A stretch of DNA of 64,000 bases from NCBI GenBank assembly GCA_963666285.1, contig OY762711.1; one strand, given 5' to 3'. The notes under the pieces are model-generated. The model did not search any database, was not told where the DNA came from, and saw only the letters and a program-made list of their open reading frames with translations. The first letter of the stretch is position 1; every line of letters begins with the position of its first letter. Of the stretch, positions 60,831 through 64,000 are shown in pieces. The translations under genes were made by a program, and so were the position numbers. Source of the stretch: Sedimentisphaerales bacterium (GTDB lineage: Bacteria; Planctomycetota; Phycisphaerae; Sedimentisphaerales; SM23-30).

Positions 60831-63800
60831 TCAAATCACATCCAGGAAAAACCATGCTTGACTCTGGCCAGTTTCTATTAAAGAATTGGCCAGGGTTTCA
60901 AGATTTTTAATTGAAGAATTCAATGGATCCGCTACCTTAACCTTTTGAGGATTCCAATTTCCACTGACCGCACCAATAAGTAACCTGTCATCACCAACGA
61001 TCGAAACACTGCCAAGCGATGCTTTTTTGATATTGCCGGCAGCAATAATCGAATTTAATGTTGATATACTGTTGGCATCAACTGCCTTTCCGGTAACCAG
61101 AATACTGCGAATTTCGGCATTATCATCGAGATATATCTCTGGTACGCTATCAAGCAGATTATCTGTTGACTCTACCCCGGCCAAAAGTTCAACCCCGTCT
61201 ATTCCACCGCATTTGATACTTTTAATATTGCCGCCGGAATATATGCTGCCGTCCCTTAGCCAGCCGGCAGTTTTTATAGAGCCTATTTCATTTGAATAAA
61301 AATAAATATCTCTTATATCATCTACTGCTTTCACTGTATTGATTAAACCAGCCGAATATATATCAAGCTCACTTATCGACTGGGCTTTTATCGACTTCAC
61401 ATTATCAACATTTGCAATTTTCAGATTATCAATTTCGTTTTTTGCCAAAACAGTTCCAATATCACAGTTGAGATTCCAGGTTCCATCTGAGATACTTGTT
61501 TTTGCCTTGACTGATTTCACTGGAATACTGCCATTAACGGTAATCATGCCCTTGATATAACTATTAGAACTAATAGTGCCAAGCGTATCTGCTACTAATT
61601 CAGCATCAGACTCCATAGCATTAACTTTTATTGAGCTGATACCACTTGAAAGCATTATTGTGTTAGTAAATCCATCATTATCACCAAAAACATTTAGCTG
61701 TACTTTTGCCGGTATATCACCAGAACCGGTTAAAATAATATCAGCGTCATTAACAATATATCCAATATCCAGGCTCGCAACTGAACCGACGCCATAAATA
61801 CCGACACCATCAACTACCAGTCCCGAAGCTTTCAAACTGGCTAAATTTGCCTGTATATCCATTTGCTGGATACTGGTATTAGCCTCTTTAGCTGTAATAA
61901 TTTGAACATAACTCACTCCAGGAAGAACAACCATCTTTCCAATATCGACGTTTGTATCCTCAGAGAAATATAATTTAGCTATCCCTGAATCCACTTTTAC
62001 TGTCACCTTGTTGTTATTACTGTCAGTAAAGATATAAGGATTATCCGGGGAAACTTCAACTTCTTTTTCATATGCAACCTGTACATATGCAGTCAAAGTA
62101 ATTTTATCTCCCTGCATATCCAATAATGTATATTCAAAGCTATCCAGACCGGTATATCCGGAATCAGAGATATAATGCAAAGAACCATTCTCTAAGGCTG
62201 CTATCCCATGAGCCGGCTGCTGATAAGATAGCAAGGAAACATAAACACTGTTAACATCACCAACAATCTGTCGAATTCCGGTATCAGTTTTAACCGCAGG
62301 AATACTTTCAACCGGATTATCTTGTGAAGGCGGTACGATCAAAGTCAAGCTCGCAGCAGATGGACTGGAAATAGAATCACTCACTGCATACGGAATATAG
62401 CATTTATTCTCAGAGATAATAATATTATCACCATTACGTGCAGCAAATATAATATCCATACCGCCATCATTATTCAGGTCGGCAGCAAAAACACAATATG
62501 CCCCGTTTGCCTGATCTGTTATTATTTTTTCCGAGCTGAAATCTCCATTGCCGTCATTTTCATACCATGCGATCTTATCATCATTATATGAGGCTGAAAC
62601 TACATCTATATCACCGTCATTATCATAATCTGCGGCATAAACACTTCTGGCACCATCAGCCTGGTATGTTATCGTTCTTGCTATGTTAAAGGTTCCAGTT
62701 CCATTATTTTCATACCAGGCGATTTTATCATCAGCACTTGAAGCGGACAATACATCCATATCACCGTCATTGTCAAGATCTGCGGCATAAACACTCCTGG
62801 CTCCGTCAGCCTGGTATGTTATCACCTGGACATTAAAACTGCCAGTTCCATCATTTTCATACCAGGTAATCTTATCATCGTTAAATGATGCAGACAAGAC
62901 ATCCATATCACCATCATTGTCAAGATCTGCTGAATAAACACAGTAAGCTCCGTCAGCCTGGTCTGTTATGATATTCTGTGCAGTGAAACTCCCTTTTCCG
63001 GTATTCTCATACCAGGCAATTTTATTGTCATCATATGAAGCTGCCAAAACGTCCATATCACCATCATTGTCAAGATCAGCAGCATAAACACTGGATGCAG
63101 CGTATGCCTGGTCTGTAATAATAATTTGTATACTGAAATTCCCATCACCATCATTTTCATACCAGGCAATTTTATCATCAATATATGAAGCTGACAAGAC
63201 ATCAATATCTCCATCATTATCAAGGTCAGCGGCATAAACACTCCTGGCCCCATCTGCCAGATAAGAAATTACCTTTTGAGTAGAAAAACTGCCATTACCA
63301 TTATTTTCATACCAGGCAATCATATCATCATTATAAGAAACTGACAATAAATCCATATCTCCATCATTATCGAGGTCTGCGGCATATACGCTAACAGGTT
63401 CGTCCACCTGGTTAGTCAGTTCAAAAGATGAAAATTGATCTTCTAAGCTTAATGTTACAATATCTACCCCAAATGAATTATTGTCAGAAATATATCTAAA
63501 TGAACCATCTGAAAAAACTTCAAGTCTGCCAAGATTTGTATTATATTGGCCCGCTCCAATAATTGACAAAGGTGAATTTTCCGGATCATAATCATTAGCC
63601 AGTAAACCATCACTACCGGAAACATTCAAAGTGCTATTGTCCGAAACAATATAAATATCAGGAACGGTAACCGGAGACTGGTTTTCTTCTGTTACCGATA
63701 TATACACAACAGCAGAATCAGTATTAGATAGAACATTATCTGTTATCGTATAAGTAAATGAATCAAGACCAACATAGCCATAATCCGGGGCATAAACAAA

Positions 63801-64000
63801 TGAACCATCTGAATATAATTCCACCTGGCCGTGGGATGATGCAAATGTCCCGGGATTGGATACCGCAAAAGCATCACCATCAATATCAGAATCGTTAACC
63901 AGCAAACCATGCTCTACCGTAGCATTTAATTTGCTCCCTCGTTCTACCTGGTAATAATCATCTTCTGCCGCAGGGGCAGTATTTTTAGTTGTTATATATA
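60831..64000 (-). CDS. large extracellular protein with cadherin/Ig-like domains and a 7-bladed FG-GAP/VCBS propeller (5' end outside the window)
   Basis: Frame stays open to the window edge; LLAND.D...DGSF.Y...G.DSFTY domains; seven ADLDNDGD.D...AWYEN-type repeats, the last degenerate. Confidence 0.88.
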   Translation of the reverse strand, partial: YITTKNTAPAAEDDYYQVERGSKLNATVEHGLLVNDSDIDGDAFAVSNPGTFASSHGQVELYSDGSFVYAPDYGYVGLDSFTYTITDNVLSNTDSAVVYISVTEENQSPVTVPDIYIVSDNSTLNVSGSDGLLANDYDPENSPLSIIGAGQYNTNLGRLEVFSDGSFRYISDNNSFGVDIVTLSLEDQFSSFELTNQVDEPVSVYAADLDNDGDMDLLSVSYNDDMIAWYENNGNGSFSTQKVISYLADGARSVYAADLDNDGDIDVLSASYIDDKIAWYENDGDGNFSIQIIITDQAYAASSVYAADLDNDGDMDVLAASYDDNKIAWYENTGKGSFTAQNIITDQADGAYCVYSADLDNDGDMDVLSASFNDDKITWYENDGTGSFNVQVITYQADGARSVYAADLDNDGDMDVLSASSADDKIAWYENNGTGTFNIARTITYQADGARSVYAADYDNDGDIDVVSASYNDDKIAWYENDGNGDFSSEKIITDQANGAYCVFAADLNNDGGMDIIFAARNGDNIIISENKCYIPYAVSDSISSPSAASLTLIVPPSQDNPVESIPAVKTDTGIRQIVGDVNSVYVSLLSYQQPAHGIAALENGSLHYISDSGYTGLDSFEYTLLDMQGDKITLTAYVQVAYEKEVEVSPDNPYIFTDSNNNKVTVKVDSGIAKLYFSEDTNVDIGKMVVLPGVSYVQIITAKEANTSIQQMDIQANLASLKASGLVVDGVGIYGVGSVASLDIGYIVNDADIILTGSGDIPAKVQLNVFGDNDGFTNTIMLSSGISSIKVNAMESDAELVADTLGTISSNSYIKGMITVNGSIPVKSVKAKTSISDGTWNLNCDIGTVLAKNEIDNLKIANVDNVKSIKAQSISELDIYSAGLINTVKAVDDIRDIYFYSNEIGSIKTAGWLRDGSIYSGGNIKSIKCGGIDGVELLAGVESTDNLLDSVPEIYLDDNAEIRSILVTGKAVDANSISTLNSIIAAGNIKKASLGSVSIVGDDRLLIGAVSGNWNPQKVKVADPLNSSIKNLETLANSLIETGQSQAWFFLDVI
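62410..63395 (-). repeat. seven intragenic tandem repeats of about 150 nt (FG-GAP blades)
   Basis: Recurring TTTTCATACCAGGC and CCATCATTGTCAAGATC-like words at 147-150 nt spacing. Confidence 0.85.

Overview
AT-rich bacterial chromosomal window. The gene content and the integrase style suggest Planctomycetota, probably Phycisphaerae (inference). Housekeeping blocks (thiL, dnaG-rpoD, tricorn protease, ABC-F, rmuC, pepF, ddl plus an ftsQ-like gene, ispG, hisD, prfB, an aroC-like gene, ppx-ppk1, thyX) flank a mobile-DNA hotspot at about 23.6-39.9 kb. The hotspot holds a 14.3-kb element integrated at the 3' end of a tRNA(CAT) gene and bounded by a perfect 21-bp direct repeat (23689-23709 and 37960-37980). 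The element encodes a tyrosine integrase, excisionase-like HTH proteins, a replication initiator with internal iterons, an IS200, and a type I R-M operon extended by an M48 protease, a frameshifted class-III cyclase-like gene and a DUF4268 nuclease-like gene. The most notable observation is that the att core lies in frame inside the integrase gene (codons MGPQGLE). Excision would therefore replace a 6-aa tail, read antisense through the tRNA, with a 61-aa C-terminal extension stored at the far end of the element. Downstream are transposase remnants, tRNA-Arg(TCT) and the 5' stub of a probable group IIC intron directly behind the tRNA terminator. All family assignments come from motif recognition by eye; no database searches were run.
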